The notes under the pieces: model-generated
Database searches by the model: none
Seen by the model: the letters and a program-made list of their open reading frames with translations, nothing else
Told to the model about the DNA's origin: nothing
Translations under genes and position numbers: made by a program
NCBI GenBank assembly: GCA_902615145.1
Contig: CACMNK010000002.1
Coordinates: forward strand, 20,838-84,837
Length of the DNA: 64,000 bases
Source: an uncultured Pelagibacteraceae bacterium
GTDB lineage: Bacteria; Pseudomonadota; Alphaproteobacteria; Pelagibacterales; Pelagibacteraceae
Direction: 5' to 3'
Part shown: positions 9,222 to 20,642 of the stretch, piece by piece
Position numbering within the stretch: position 1 is the stretch's first letter
Layout: each line of letters begins with the position of its first letter

Positions 9222-12200
9222 AAAAATTTTAGTCATTGGAGCTGGCCCAATAATTATTGGTCAAGCTTGCGAATTTGATTATTCTGGAACTCAAGCATGC
9301 AAAGCCCTAAAGGATGAAGGTTATAAAGTAGTTTTGGTTAATTCAAATCCAGCAACAATAATGACTGATCCAGATGTTGCAGATAAAACTTATATAGAAC
9401 CAATTACGTTAGAAATTCTTGAGAAAATTTTAAGAAAAGAAAAACCTGATGCCATTTTGCCAACCATGGGTGGCCAGACTGCGTTGAACTTGGCAATGGA
9501 AGCAGAAAAAAAAGGTGTTCTTAAAAAATATAAAATAGAACTAATCGGTGCGAATTCAAAAGCAATCTCTAATGCTGAAGATAGGAAAAAATTTAGAAAA
9601 AATATGATGGATATTGGTATAGATTTACCTAAATCAAAAGTTGTCAATAAATTCAATCAAGCCTCAAAAGTTTTAAAACAAATTGGTCTACCTGCTATTA
9701 TTAGACCTGCATTTACACTCGGTGGTCTTGGAGGTGGAATAGCGAAAACAAAAAAAGACTTTTATAAAATAATTAAAAATGGATTACACGAGTCTCCAGT
9801 AAGCCAAGTTCTAGTTGAAGAATGTTTGGAAGGATGGAAGGAATTTGAAATGGAGGTTGTAAGAGATAAGAAAGATAATTGTATAATTATTTGTTCAATA
9901 GAAAATATTGATCCGATGGGAATTCATACAGGTGACTCTGTTACAATTGCACCAGCGTTAACACTTACCGATAAAGAGTATCAAATAATGAGAAACGCAT
10001 CTATTGCATGCCTTAGAAAAATTGGTGTTGAAACAGGAGGTTCTAATGTTCAGTTTGCCATAAATCCAAAAAATGGACGAATGGTTATTATTGAAATGAA
10101 CCCAAGAGTATCAAGATCATCTGCTTTAGCTTCTAAAGCAACGGGTTTTCCTATTGCAAAGATAGCAGCGAAACTTGCTATTGGTTACACATTAGATGAA
10201 TTAAAAAATGAGATAACAAAAGTCACCCCTGCATCTTTTGAACCAACTATTGATTATGTCGTTACAAAAATTCCAAGATTTACCTTTGAAAAATTTTCGA
10301 CTTCACCTGCAACATTAGGTACATCAATGAAATCAGTTGGGGAGGCGATGGCGATAGGTCGAAATTTTAAAGAGTCTTTACAAAAAGCATTGGTTTCTCT
10401 TGAAACAGGGTATTCAGGCTTAGATAGAGTTTTTAATATTAATAGAAAAAAAATAGAGAAAAAACTTAAAGAAAATATCCCTAATAAACTTTTACTTGTC
10501 GCAGAAGCTTTTAGAAAAAAGATCAATATAAAAAGAATTCACAATTTATCGAAAATTGATCCATGGTTTTTAGAACAAATTAAAGAGATCATTGATAATG
10601 AAAATAAACTTAAAAACAAAGGTGTTCCAAGAGACTTTGTTGAATTCAATCGTATTAAATCTATTGGTTTTTCAGACAAAAAAATATCTGAGTTAACTAA
10701 AATTCCTGAGAGTGTTGTAAGAAAAAGAAGAATGGCTTTAAAAGTATTACCTGTTTATAAAAAAGTGGATACTTGTGCTGCAGAATTTAAATCTTTTACA
10801 CCTTATATGTACTCAAGTTATCAAAGAAATTTTTCATTAAACTCTGAGTGTGAAGCAGAGCCAACTCAAAAGAAAAAAATCATTATCTTAGGAGGGGGTC
10901 CTAACAGGATTGGTCAGGGAATAGAATTTGATTATTGTTGTTGCCAAGCAAGTTTCGCCTTAAAAGATGCAGGATTTGAAACGATTATGGTCAATTGTAA
11001 TCCAGAAACTGTATCAACAGATTATGATACAAGTGATCGATTATATTTTGAACCTCTTAAAGAAGAGTATGTTTTCAACATCATTAAGAAAGAGCAAGAG
11101 AAAGGAAACTTAATTGGAGTGATAGCACAATTCGGTGGCCAAACTCCTATAAAGTTGGCTGAATTTTTATATCAAAACAAGCTTCCAATTTTAGGAACAC
11201 AATACACTTCAATTGATCTTGCTGAAGATAGAGATCGATTTAGAAATCTTTTAAATAAATTAAAATTAAAACAGGCTGAAAGTGGAATTGCTAAAACTTA
11301 CAAGCAAGCAATAAAAATTGCTGACAAAATTGGTTTACCTTTAATTGTAAGACCATCTTACGTTTTAGGTGGAAGAGCTATGGAAATTGTATATGAGAAA
11401 AATGATTTAAAAAAGTTTGTTGAAGAAGCCTTTAAAGCTGCAGAGGATAATCCAATATTAATTGATAAATTTATTAATCAAGCGATGGAAGTTGATGTGG
11501 ATGCATTATCTGATGGTAAGGATGTATTTGTTGCAGGTATCATGCAGCATATTGAAGAAGCTGGTATTCACTCTGGAGACTCGGCATGTAGCCTACCACC
11601 TATTTCGATAAAACCTTATTTAATTAAAGAAATAGAAAATCAAACAAGAAAATTAGCTTTAGCTCTTAAGGTCAAAGGATTTATGAATATCCAATTTGCA
11701 ATTAAAAAAGACCAAATTTATGTAATTGAAGTAAATCCAAGAGCAAGTAGAACTGTTCCTTTCGTATCAAAAGCAAAAGGTCTACCTCTTGCTAAAATTG
11801 CTTCAAGAATTATGGCTGGTGAAAAATTATCTAAATTTAATTTAAAAGATAAATCCAAAGGAATGTATGCTGTTAAAGAAGCTGTATTTCCATTTAACAA
11901 ATTTCCAAATAGCGATTTACTTTTAGGTCCTGAAATGAAATCAACTGGTGAGGTTATGGGTTTTGATAAAAATTTTGGTATGGCTTTTGCTAAGAGTCAA
12001 ATTGCCTCTGCTAATTCTTTACCAAAAGATGGTTTGGCTTTTATTTCATTGAAAGATGCACACAAAGATGAAGGGATTAGTTTAGCAAAACAATTGATCA
12101 AGCTTAAATTTAAATTATGTGCCACAAAAGGAACTGCTGAATATATTAGAAAATTTGGTATGAAATGTAAGAAGATTAATAAAGTTAGTTCAGGTACTCC

Positions 12201-12423
12201 TCACATTGTTGATGTTTTAGATGCTAAAAAAATTGCTTTAGTAATTAATACTGGTGGCGGTAATAGTGAACATCGAGTTAGTGATGCTATAGCTTTAAGA
12301 AGAGCAACCTTAAAAAATAAAGTTCCTTATTGCACAAATATGTCAACAGCTTATGCTTGTTTAGAAGCGATAAAGTCACTAAAAACTAAAAAATTAGAAG
12401 TCACAGCTTTGCAAAATATCTAG
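9199..12423 (+). CDS. carB: Carbamoyl-phosphate synthase large subunit
   Basis: [30 protein letters not shown]; duplicated ATP-grasp domains; 1074 aa. Confidence 0.99.
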   Translation: MPKRKDIKKILVIGAGPIIIGQACEFDYSGTQACKALKDEGYKVVLVNSNPATIMTDPDVADKTYIEPITLEILEKILRKEKPDAILPTMGGQTALNLAMEAEKKGVLKKYKIELIGANSKAISNAEDRKKFRKNMMDIGIDLPKSKVVNKFNQASKVLKQIGLPAIIRPAFTLGGLGGGIAKTKKDFYKIIKNGLHESPVSQVLVEECLEGWKEFEMEVVRDKKDNCIIICSIENIDPMGIHTGDSVTIAPALTLTDKEYQIMRNASIACLRKIGVETGGSNVQFAINPKNGRMVIIEMNPRVSRSSALASKATGFPIAKIAAKLAIGYTLDELKNEITKVTPASFEPTIDYVVTKIPRFTFEKFSTSPATLGTSMKSVGEAMAIGRNFKESLQKALVSLETGYSGLDRVFNINRKKIEKKLKENIPNKLLLVAEAFRKKINIKRIHNLSKIDPWFLEQIKEIIDNENKLKNKGVPRDFVEFNRIKSIGFSDKKISELTKIPESVVRKRRMALKVLPVYKKVDTCAAEFKSFTPYMYSSYQRNFSLNSECEAEPTQKKKIIILGGGPNRIGQGIEFDYCCCQASFALKDAGFETIMVNCNPETVSTDYDTSDRLYFEPLKEEYVFNIIKKEQEKGNLIGVIAQFGGQTPIKLAEFLYQNKLPILGTQYTSIDLAEDRDRFRNLLNKLKLKQAESGIAKTYKQAIKIADKIGLPLIVRPSYVLGGRAMEIVYEKNDLKKFVEEAFKAAEDNPILIDKFINQAMEVDVDALSDGKDVFVAGIMQHIEEAGIHSGDSACSLPPISIKPYLIKEIENQTRKLALALKVKGFMNIQFAIKKDQIYVIEVNPRASRTVPFVSKAKGLPLAKIASRIMAGEKLSKFNLKDKSKGMYAVKEAVFPFNKFPNSDLLLGPEMKSTGEVMGFDKNFGMAFAKSQIASANSLPKDGLAFISLKDAHKDEGISLAKQLIKLKFKLCATKGTAEYIRKFGMKCKKINKVSSGTPHIVDVLDAKKIALVINTGGGNSEHRVSDAIALRRATLKNKVPYCTNMSTAYACLEAIKSLKTKKLEVTALQNI

Positions 12424-12424
12424 T

Positions 12425-14668
12425 TTAAAAAACTTTTCTTAAATTAAAAAAAGCTTGCTTAATATCACTTATATTAAAAGGATCTTCATTTATTATCTTA
12501 AAATCTAATTCAAAATCATTAATGGTTTTGCTTAAGATATATTCTGATCTTAGATCATCAGATCCTTGAATATTAAAAGCATAATTTGTTTCTTTACTAG
12601 GTAAATATCCAATAGCTAAATGAATTTTATCAGTATGTCCTGATCCAAGCGCTTGATTTCTTTCATATATTAAAAAAACACTAAAATTATCCTGAAGCAC
12701 GATATCAATCCCAATCTCACCATTAATACTGTGTAAAGCTCCCGAAGATAAACTATCATCAAAAGTTACGCTTCTGTCACCTGTATATGTATATTTAAAT
12801 TTTGAGGATCGATCTAAATCCACAATGTATTCAATTTTTCCATGTCTTTTTAATGTATATTTTTTATTTGAGACATCTTCGACTGCAACAAAACCTGCTC
12901 TAACTTTTTTCGTTCGAATGTGTTGATTTTCAACATCAATACCACCGTTACCAGCTTCATTATAGGATCCTAAAATAGTGTGACCAATATCAAATCTTCC
13001 AGAAGGAATAAAAGTCAAATTATCTTTTTTAATTTCATCTTTTATTCTTATTGTTCCATAAATCTGTTTTCCTTTTCTGTTAGCAGTTAAATTTTTACCA
13101 TCTAGAACAGTTAATAAATCAGACTTTAATCCTCCGATCCCAATAAAGGTATCAAGAAATTTAGTATCATCTTCTATTGGGGTGGTAGAATAATAGGTAA
13201 TGTTAAATGTATCAGTGTCTAAATTACTTCCAGAATTTCCAACATCAACATTGTTTCTGGCAACTCTAAATGCTAATCCTTTAATTCCATTTTCATCAGT
13301 AAATTTATCTACACCAAAGGTGATTGCATCCGTATCAATTCTCTTAGTAGATGAAATACTTGTATCTCCTATTCTTCCAACTGCAATACTTCCTTCACTC
13401 CAATAAAATACGTCTTCTTCTTTGACTTTTGCTTTTTTTTTAGCAGCAACATTTTTAACAATCTCGGTTAAAGAAGCTAATCTTTGATTAGTAAAATTAA
13501 TATCAATATTTAAATTAGTTAAATTTTGTTTATCTTTATTTCTTCTAATCCATTTTAATCGATTAAGTGCACTATCTGTTGAATGATCAATAGTTCTTTT
13601 GGCAATTTCTATTTGAGCTAATGCCATTCCAGTTCGATCACTGTTATCTGTAATTGGAGGACATTTGCCTGCAAAAAGATTGAAAGGACAGACGAGATTA
13701 TATTCCTCAACAATTTGAGTTGTATCCCCACCAACATACATCTTTAAACCATTTGTGCTAAATGCAATTCCAGCAGGCTGTTCTTGATCTAGTGTAACAG
13801 AACCATCAATTGTAAATGTAGATGTAGAAAATGCAACGTCAAGAGAAATTTGAGTAACATTTCTTTGAGAAGTTTGATGATCCACCAACCAAAGTCTTTT
13901 TCCATCTGGACTAAATCTCATGTCTTTTGGGTTCATTACTTCATCTTCTAATTCTATTCCTGCGTTTGAAATAAGCGACAGACTACTTAAATCAAATGGT
14001 GTTGTGAGTGAGTATTCTAGTAGCCTGGTATTACGTACAGTTCCACCTGTATTATGACCATGCATAATTACAAATAATTTTTTTCCATCATTGCTGATTT
14101 CAATACCTTGAAGTCGGAATCTCTGTAAAGCATGTGTGTTTCCATTATCAAATTTTTCCCTGTCACCTGCATTACTCCCATCCTGTAAGGCATCAGTGTC
14201 AAGACCTGGAGTTTGGTTTGCAAATGAACATGTTGAAACATCATAAGGTGAAGTCAAATCAAACCTAAATACTCTATCTCTTTTTACTTCATTAGCTATA
14301 CCACCAGTACCTACAAACAATTTCATTCCATCATTGGAGAATTCCAAACCAAAAGTAGTATTCATATTGGGGCCAAAGCTGTCGCCACCACTACTATTAT
14401 CTAAATTACATCTCTCACTATCACCTGCATAACTTTGAGTAGAGATATCGAATGGTGTGGTTAAATCATACTCATCCACTAGCGAAAAATCACCGTCTTT
14501 AGATTGAGATACAATGAACATTTTTGTTCCATCAGGATTAAAATGAATACCACCTGGAACAACACCACTACTACTCACGTCTGTAGTTTGTAACAGGGTA
14601 TACATGGCCCCAAAGGAATTAGAAATTGGAAAAATTATTAATAAAATCCAAATTAGTTTTTTAATCAT
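12425..14668 (-). CDS. Autotransporter-like outer-membrane protein with repeat (probable beta-propeller) passenger
   Basis: Signal peptide; repeated FSxDGxK / YDLTTPFDIST units; C-terminal amphipathic barrel (YWSEG..., ITFGVD, FIPSGRFD) ending in F. Confidence 0.8.
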   Translation of the reverse strand: MIKKLIWILLIIFPISNSFGAMYTLLQTTDVSSSGVVPGGIHFNPDGTKMFIVSQSKDGDFSLVDEYDLTTPFDISTQSYAGDSERCNLDNSSGGDSFGPNMNTTFGLEFSNDGMKLFVGTGGIANEVKRDRVFRFDLTSPYDVSTCSFANQTPGLDTDALQDGSNAGDREKFDNGNTHALQRFRLQGIEISNDGKKLFVIMHGHNTGGTVRNTRLLEYSLTTPFDLSSLSLISNAGIELEDEVMNPKDMRFSPDGKRLWLVDHQTSQRNVTQISLDVAFSTSTFTIDGSVTLDQEQPAGIAFSTNGLKMYVGGDTTQIVEEYNLVCPFNLFAGKCPPITDNSDRTGMALAQIEIAKRTIDHSTDSALNRLKWIRRNKDKQNLTNLNIDINFTNQRLASLTEIVKNVAAKKKAKVKEEDVFYWSEGSIAVGRIGDTSISSTKRIDTDAITFGVDKFTDENGIKGLAFRVARNNVDVGNSGSNLDTDTFNITYYSTTPIEDDTKFLDTFIGIGGLKSDLLTVLDGKNLTANRKGKQIYGTIRIKDEIKKDNLTFIPSGRFDIGHTILGSYNEAGNGGIDVENQHIRTKKVRAGFVAVEDVSNKKYTLKRHGKIEYIVDLDRSSKFKYTYTGDRSVTFDDSLSSGALHSINGEIGIDIVLQDNFSVFLIYERNQALGSGHTDKIHLAIGYLPSKETNYAFNIQGSDDLRSEYILSKTINDFELDFKIINEDPFNISDIKQAFFNLRKVF

Positions 14669-14679
14669 TTTCTTTTAAA

Positions 14680-17160
14680 CTAAAAAGTACCAGAAATTTC
14701 TATATTTGCACCATAATCAGGAATTTTACTAAATAAACTATAATTAGAGTTTAGTTTTAAATTAAAATTACCTATTTGTTTTAGATAGCTGACTTTCGTA
14801 TTATTGTTGTTTATTGGATCAAAATCGAGAGCAAACTGATTATTTTCTTCTTTTGATTTACTAAATTTAATAATAAAAGTTTTGTTATTAAAATTTTGAG
14901 ATACTGCTGAATGTAAACAACTTTCACAATTATCTAAACTTTTTATGTATTTATAATCAAAAAGTATAGTGAAGCCATTTTCAAGTATATACTCTAAACC
15001 AATATTAGTTTTTAATTTTTTATTCGAATAGCTATTAATTGTCTCTTCATTTACAACAGTTGAACCTGCATATGAATATTTGTAGGCATTATCATCTGCT
15101 AGATCATAAATAATTTCAATTCCTCCCATGGGTTGGAATGTTACCCCATCTCTCTCAATTTTTTCCATTTCAAATAAAACACCACCAGTAAATTCTCCAC
15201 TTACAAATGTATCATCATGAAAACGAATATCTGTAGCTGGTCGATCGCTAGCTTTGCTAATAAAATCTGTAAATTCAGATAATTCTGTCACCCCATAAGT
15301 AAGTTTTCCAGTAGGAGTAATATTAAACTTACCATATGTCTTTTTAGTTCTGTAATTAATAGATGCAAATGCCTGTCTTCCATTTCGTTCACCTGATATT
15401 TTACCTAAGTACTTGTTATCAAAACGTAGAGCACTCAGGCCTAAAACTGCATTAATATACCGATTGTTATTTGTTGGTACAGTTCCATAAATATTTAATG
15501 TCAAAGACTCGAGGTCAACTTTTTGACTAGATCGTCTAATATTCGATGCACTATCTCCATACCTCAATGCCAAACCAAAAAACTTATTATCTCCAATTTT
15601 TCTATCTGAGCCAAATGTTATACCTTTCGTTTTAATACCTTTTGCTTTATCTACGAGTGTTTCTTGATAATCTCCTATTGATAAATCCAGTAAACTCCAT
15701 GACGACCATTTAGATTTTTTCTTTTCGTCATTTTTCTGAGTATTACTCACAAGGGATACTAAATTATTTTTTAATGAAGGTTCTAACTTACTTGCTAGAG
15801 ATTTTAATATAGGATTGGGGTAGTTTATATTTATATTGTGACTAGTTAAGTCTTCTTGATCTCTATTTCTTTTGATCCACTCAAATCTTTTAAAAATAGT
15901 ATCAACGTTTATACTTATATTTTGTTTAGCTAATTCAACTTGAGCATTAACAGATGCACTTGCATTGGATACACATGAAACAATGCCATAAGGACAATCA
16001 AGGTCAAATTGATAAATATTATCTACCGTTTGTCCATCATCTGCTTGTGAAATAAATAATTTCATACCATCACTTGAAAAAGAAAAACCCCATATTATTC
16101 CATGACCCGCTGGATAACTCTTCGCTTCGTCTGCATCTCGTAATGCTCCTCCAGGGGAGACACGATATAGAAAATCATGGCCTCCTAAATGAGTAGCTGT
16201 TGAAACATCAAAAGGTTTGCCTAAACTAAATTGCTCAATGCTATTAGTATGATTTTTATTAAAAAAAGAGACAAACATTTGACTTCCATCATCACTAAAC
16301 TCAATATCTCTAGCCGCTTGAAAATTAGCGACATCTTCAACTCCAATTGTAAATAGATTTACACTATGAATTTCTGTAGCAGATGTGATATCAAATGCTG
16401 GTGATAATGAAAAAGTTGCCACCACAGGTGTGTCAGCATCTTCGCCTTGATCCACAGAATACATTCTTGTACCGTCTCTGCTTAACGAAAAACCAGTAAC
16501 TTTTGTTGATGTGCTTAAATCAATTTGATGTATGTATTTTGCCGTTTTAAAATCAAAAGGTGTACTTAAATCATATCTATATACATCACCTGTGCTATTC
16601 AAAATATAAAAAATCCTACCACCTTTTGCTACATGAATACTTCTATATGCAGTAGAAAAAAAGCTCAAACCTTGTGCCAGAAATTCTGGATGATCAACAT
16701 CAAAACCATCAATATCATCACAAGTATGTGGTATATTATCTGTAGTATCAGTTTTTACAGTGTTTAATTCAAATGGAGTAGCAACTTTATTCATAGATAA
16801 ATCAAGGTCACCCATATAACCACTAGAAGGACTCTTATCCATGTTATTATTAATAGAAAAAACCATTGTGCCGTCATCACTCCACACGATATCTCTTAGA
16901 TTCTCGGTTCTATCGTGTTTAAGTTCTGTAAAGTAGCTTTGCACCGATGTTGTTTGGTTAATCTGTTCTAATTTAGAGCTAAAACAACCGGGTGCACTAT
17001 TTGGAATTCTATTTTCTTTATGTGTAAGTGTTAAAGCGGCGGCTAGAGCTAGTGTAGAAAAAAAGGCTGTAAATAAGAAAAAAAATATATTAGTACTTAA
17101 AACACCTGTTTTTAAAGACTTAAAAATCTTTTTAATATTTAATTTTTTAAAAATTTTCAT
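14680..17160 (-). CDS. Autotransporter-like outer-membrane protein, paralog of 12425-14668
   Basis: YDLSTPFDF, FSLSPAFDIT, FSLGKPFDVS repeats; WSSWS..., GITFGSD, ITPTGKLTY barrel strands; terminal F. Confidence 0.8.
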   Translation of the reverse strand: MKIFKKLNIKKIFKSLKTGVLSTNIFFFLFTAFFSTLALAAALTLTHKENRIPNSAPGCFSSKLEQINQTTSVQSYFTELKHDRTENLRDIVWSDDGTMVFSINNNMDKSPSSGYMGDLDLSMNKVATPFELNTVKTDTTDNIPHTCDDIDGFDVDHPEFLAQGLSFFSTAYRSIHVAKGGRIFYILNSTGDVYRYDLSTPFDFKTAKYIHQIDLSTSTKVTGFSLSRDGTRMYSVDQGEDADTPVVATFSLSPAFDITSATEIHSVNLFTIGVEDVANFQAARDIEFSDDGSQMFVSFFNKNHTNSIEQFSLGKPFDVSTATHLGGHDFLYRVSPGGALRDADEAKSYPAGHGIIWGFSFSSDGMKLFISQADDGQTVDNIYQFDLDCPYGIVSCVSNASASVNAQVELAKQNISINVDTIFKRFEWIKRNRDQEDLTSHNININYPNPILKSLASKLEPSLKNNLVSLVSNTQKNDEKKKSKWSSWSLLDLSIGDYQETLVDKAKGIKTKGITFGSDRKIGDNKFFGLALRYGDSASNIRRSSQKVDLESLTLNIYGTVPTNNNRYINAVLGLSALRFDNKYLGKISGERNGRQAFASINYRTKKTYGKFNITPTGKLTYGVTELSEFTDFISKASDRPATDIRFHDDTFVSGEFTGGVLFEMEKIERDGVTFQPMGGIEIIYDLADDNAYKYSYAGSTVVNEETINSYSNKKLKTNIGLEYILENGFTILFDYKYIKSLDNCESCLHSAVSQNFNNKTFIIKFSKSKEENNQFALDFDPINNNNTKVSYLKQIGNFNLKLNSNYSLFSKIPDYGANIEISGTF

Positions 17161-17170
17161 GAATTAAGAT

Positions 17171-19222
17171 TTATTTCTTTTTGATTAGCTCAGTATTACT
17201 GATATTTATTGCCATACAAGTAATATCATCCCTTAATTTTTCAGCACCCCAATTTAATTCTTTTTCAATAGACTCAACTATAGTTTTTGGTGTCACATCT
17301 GACATGCCATCTATGATTTTTTGCACTCCTTCTGCGCCTAATTCCTCACCATTTTTCAAATAGCCTTCCGTTACACCATCAGTATAAACAACAAATGTCT
17401 TATTTTTTAAGTTCATGGTATTTGATTTGACCATAGATTCTGTAAAATATTTAACAATTCCAATGGGTGGCATTTCTGATTTGATATATTCATAATTTTT
17501 ATTTTGATCAAAAGTTAAAATGCTTTCATGCCCTGCATTAATAAATACGAGTTCTCCAGTTTTAATATTTAATTTTCCAAAAACAGCGGTCACAAACATC
17601 CCTTTAAATTTAGCCTCAACAAGCTCATTATTGACACCGAACACAACTTTCTCTAGTGGAAATTTTAAATTAGTTAATGTTCTAAATATGGAAGATGCTT
17701 TAGCCATATACATACCCGCTTTTACCCCTTTTCCTGATACATCGGCTAATGTGAAAAAGTATTCTTCAGAGGTAGATCTTACCACATCAAAATAATCTCC
17801 CGATACATCTCTTGCAGGAACGTTTCTTGCAAAAATAAAATTTTCAAATTTAGATATGTCTGGAAATAAGCTTTTTTGAACTCCTGCAGCTAATTCTCGT
17901 TCTTTTAATAATTTTGCCTCTTTTTGTAAATTATCTAAAGCTATTTTGTTTTCCTCAATAAATCTAAAATAAAGACCGGTTAAGAAGGTAGCGGTTACAA
18001 TAAATATAGGGTAACTCATATCTACTAATTCAGATCTAAATTTATAAATAGAAAATCCAATAATTATGATCGCCAAAATATTTCCAAAGAAAATCGATAA
18101 ACTTAGTTTTGGTTTTACTTTTTGAGATAAAATAAATGTAATTAAAGCAACGATAATTGAGAACAATAACTCAAATATATATGTGTTTGGATTTCTAACC
18201 AAATAGGACTGATCTAAAATGTTTTCGATAACATTAGCATGAACTTCAACTCCTGGTATAGTTACTCCTAAAGGAGTTTTAACTAAATCGAATAAACCTT
18301 GTGCTGAGGCACCAATTAAAACATATTTGTCTTTAAAAAAATCTGTTTGAAATTTACCATCATAAACATCCCCGGCTGAAATATATTGATTTTTATCTGA
18401 CTTTTTATATTTAATCCAAATAATCCCATTAGGATCGGAGTCTATTTTGTGAGGTCTTGCACTAATTCTTTGAATTCCAACTTCATTTAATTCTACATAA
18501 ATATTTTTTTGTTTAGAACCAACTCTAACCATTTCTAAACCCATGGTTGGATACATTTTTTTATTGAATTGAACAATTAGTGGTAAAGATCTAATGATAC
18601 CGTCTAATTGATCTAAAAAAGAAATAGATCCTAATCCTTTGACATTTTTTTCTAATACTTCTAGTGAGCCTATGGAATAGGGATAAGAGTAAGTAAATTG
18701 TTTTGGTTCCCCACCTTTAGATAAAAATCTAGCTTTTGCTTTTCGATCATAATTTGAATGCGATGGAACGTTGCTACCTAAAACAGCAATTATTGATTTA
18801 GATTGTTTCAGTTTTTCAGAAAATATATCATCTGGACTTTTTAAATTCTGAAGTTCTGCTATGTCAGATGGAATTAAACCATATGATTTAATTATAGCAT
18901 CAGGCGATTGTTTATCTTTTTCAGTGAAAAAAATATCAAAACCTATTGCCTTTGGATTTGACTCATTTAACTTATCTAAAATTTCTGCAAAGACAATTCT
19001 ATTCCAAGGAAACTGACCAAACTTACCTAAACTTTTTTCATCAATATCTATAATTACAACATCTGAATTTTTTTTTTCTGCAAATACTTTTTGGTAAAGA
19101 TCAAAACTTAAAAATGATATTGATTTGATAAAACTTGGGTTAAGAATTTTTAAAAAAATTAAGAGAATAAGTAAGGCAAAGAAAACTACGTAATTTAGAT
19201 TTTTATGTAAAATTGCTTTCAC
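17171..19222 (-). CDS. CHASE2 sensor - PP2C/SpoIIE (RsbU-like) phosphatase
   Basis: IDIDEKSLGKFGQFPWNR, GFDIFF, PGVEVHA (CHASE2), 3 TMs, then SGDYFD, ADVSGKG, YTDGVTE, DDIT (PP2C). Confidence 0.92.
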   Translation of the reverse strand: MKAILHKNLNYVVFFALLILLIFLKILNPSFIKSISFLSFDLYQKVFAEKKNSDVVIIDIDEKSLGKFGQFPWNRIVFAEILDKLNESNPKAIGFDIFFTEKDKQSPDAIIKSYGLIPSDIAELQNLKSPDDIFSEKLKQSKSIIAVLGSNVPSHSNYDRKAKARFLSKGGEPKQFTYSYPYSIGSLEVLEKNVKGLGSISFLDQLDGIIRSLPLIVQFNKKMYPTMGLEMVRVGSKQKNIYVELNEVGIQRISARPHKIDSDPNGIIWIKYKKSDKNQYISAGDVYDGKFQTDFFKDKYVLIGASAQGLFDLVKTPLGVTIPGVEVHANVIENILDQSYLVRNPNTYIFELLFSIIVALITFILSQKVKPKLSLSIFFGNILAIIIIGFSIYKFRSELVDMSYPIFIVTATFLTGLYFRFIEENKIALDNLQKEAKLLKERELAAGVQKSLFPDISKFENFIFARNVPARDVSGDYFDVVRSTSEEYFFTLADVSGKGVKAGMYMAKASSIFRTLTNLKFPLEKVVFGVNNELVEAKFKGMFVTAVFGKLNIKTGELVFINAGHESILTFDQNKNYEYIKSEMPPIGIVKYFTESMVKSNTMNLKNKTFVVYTDGVTEGYLKNGEELGAEGVQKIIDGMSDVTPKTIVESIEKELNWGAEKLRDDITCMAINISNTELIKKK

Positions 19223-19281
19223 AAATCAAATTTATAGGTAATTGGATTAAAGTAAATAAATCTTATTTACGAAAGATCTGT

Positions 19282-20529
19282 TTATTTTTTTCTTCTTCTT
19301 TTCTTTTTAGCTTTTCTCTTCTTAGCAGCTCTTTTCTTCTTCACTACTCTTTTCTTTTTAACGACTTTTCTCTTAGGTTTCTTCTTAACTACTTTTTTCT
19401 TCTTTTTCGGTTTTTTCTTCACTGCTTTTTTCTTTTTAGCTGGCTTTTTCTTTACTGCTTTTTTCTTTTTAGCTGGCTTTTTCTTAGTAGCTTTTTTCTT
19501 AGCAGGTTTTTTCTTAGTTACTTTTTTCTTTTCAGTTTTTGTTACTTTTTTCTTAACAGCTTTTTTCTTTTTACCTTTTTTGTTTTTTCCTTTAGCTTTT
19601 TTCTTCTTACCTTTTTTCTTACCTTCGTCTAATTTAGCTTTTTTCTTTTGCTTTTTAGCTTTTGCTTTAGCTTTCTGAGCTTTTTTCTTTTCAGCTCTTT
19701 CAGCTTTAATCGCTACTTTCTTCTCTTTATCTTTTTGAATGTTCTCTTTAATTATTGTTTTAATTTCTTCTTTTTCAAAACCTAGTGCTTTTAATTCTTT
19801 TTTAAGATTTTTTCTTAATTGTTTTCTCTCAGCTTTAGTCTCATTAGGAGATAGCTTGGCTACTCTAAGAGCTTTCATTTTTTTATTAAATTTCTTTAAT
19901 TGATTTTTAGTAATTTTTTTCGCTTGACCTGGCGCTTTTCCTTTGGTCATCGAAGTCATACTATACGGGTTATCTAATAAAGTTTGACCAAGATTATTTC
20001 CAACTAGAACTGCTCCTGGTCTCATACCTAAGGTATTATTTTTTCCTGGACCAATTAATAAAGTATCTGTTTTTCCTTTTGAAACTATAGTTTGAAATTC
20101 TGTTCCTCTTGAACCTAAAGTTCCCTCAGGAACTTCGACTGTAAGGCTGTCAGGATTTTTTTTACTTATTAATCCTGAAATAACTTTTAAACTTCCTTGT
20201 TTTACGCTTGCAACGATTTTTCCATCATTTGTTTCTGGATCAAAAATAAAAGTATCCATCACAACTTCAGAGTCTTCACCAACTGTAAAAGTTGACTGAT
20301 CTAATAATAAAATCTGTGTACCTGAACCTGGTGCAGCATAAATCGTTTCATTTAAATAAATTTTATCGCCAGCCTTTAACTGTCTTGTTTCAGTTTTTAC
20401 CGTTCCAGATATGGCTCCAACTATTCCAACAAGTTGCTTTTCAATGCTAAGCTTCTCAGCAGAATTCACTTGAGAAGAAAGAATTAAAAATAGCCCAATG
20501 ACTGCACTAAAAATTTTTTTCATCACCAT
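19282..20529 (-). CDS. Secreted FecR-domain protein with very long Lys-rich C-terminal tail
   Basis: Signal peptide; LLLDQSTFTVGEDSEV, GSLKVISG, TLGSRGTEF (FecR); C-terminal part dominated by K/A/R/V/P. Confidence 0.85.
   Translation of the reverse strand: MVMKKIFSAVIGLFLILSSQVNSAEKLSIEKQLVGIVGAISGTVKTETRQLKAGDKIYLNETIYAAPGSGTQILLLDQSTFTVGEDSEVVMDTFIFDPETNDGKIVASVKQGSLKVISGLISKKNPDSLTVEVPEGTLGSRGTEFQTIVSKGKTDTLLIGPGKNNTLGMRPGAVLVGNNLGQTLLDNPYSMTSMTKGKAPGQAKKITKNQLKKFNKKMKALRVAKLSPNETKAERKQLRKNLKKELKALGFEKEEIKTIIKENIQKDKEKKVAIKAERAEKKKAQKAKAKAKKQKKKAKLDEGKKKGKKKKAKGKNKKGKKKKAVKKKVTKTEKKKVTKKKPAKKKATKKKPAKKKKAVKKKPAKKKKAVKKKPKKKKKVVKKKPKRKVVKKKRVVKKKRAAKKRKAKKKRRRKK
19421..19485. repeat. 33-bp tandem duplication encoding KKKPAKKKKAV within the FecR tail
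   Basis: ACTGCTTTTTTCTTTTTAGCTGGCTTTTTCTT at 19421 and 19454; degenerate copies flank it. Confidence 0.85.
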
Positions 20530-20566
20530 GAAACTAGCAAATTTAGACGAAAATAGGAATAATTAA

Positions 20567-20581
20567 TGTTCATTATGGGTT
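20567..20581. promoter_or_regulatory. Putative shared palindromic operator TGTTCA-TTA-TGGGTT upstream of the FecR gene
   Basis: One of six similar YYCA-N3-TGRR sites in intergenic DNA of this block. Confidence 0.55.
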
Positions 20582-20642
20582 AAAAAAAACTCAATAAAAC
20601 TAAGGTTAATCTAACCAAAAATTTAAATATTTATAAGAAAAA

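Noticed and set aside
19213-19632. 139-aa Phe/Leu/Ser-rich ORF
   Set aside because: Mirror of the Lys-codon-rich FecR tail on the opposite strand
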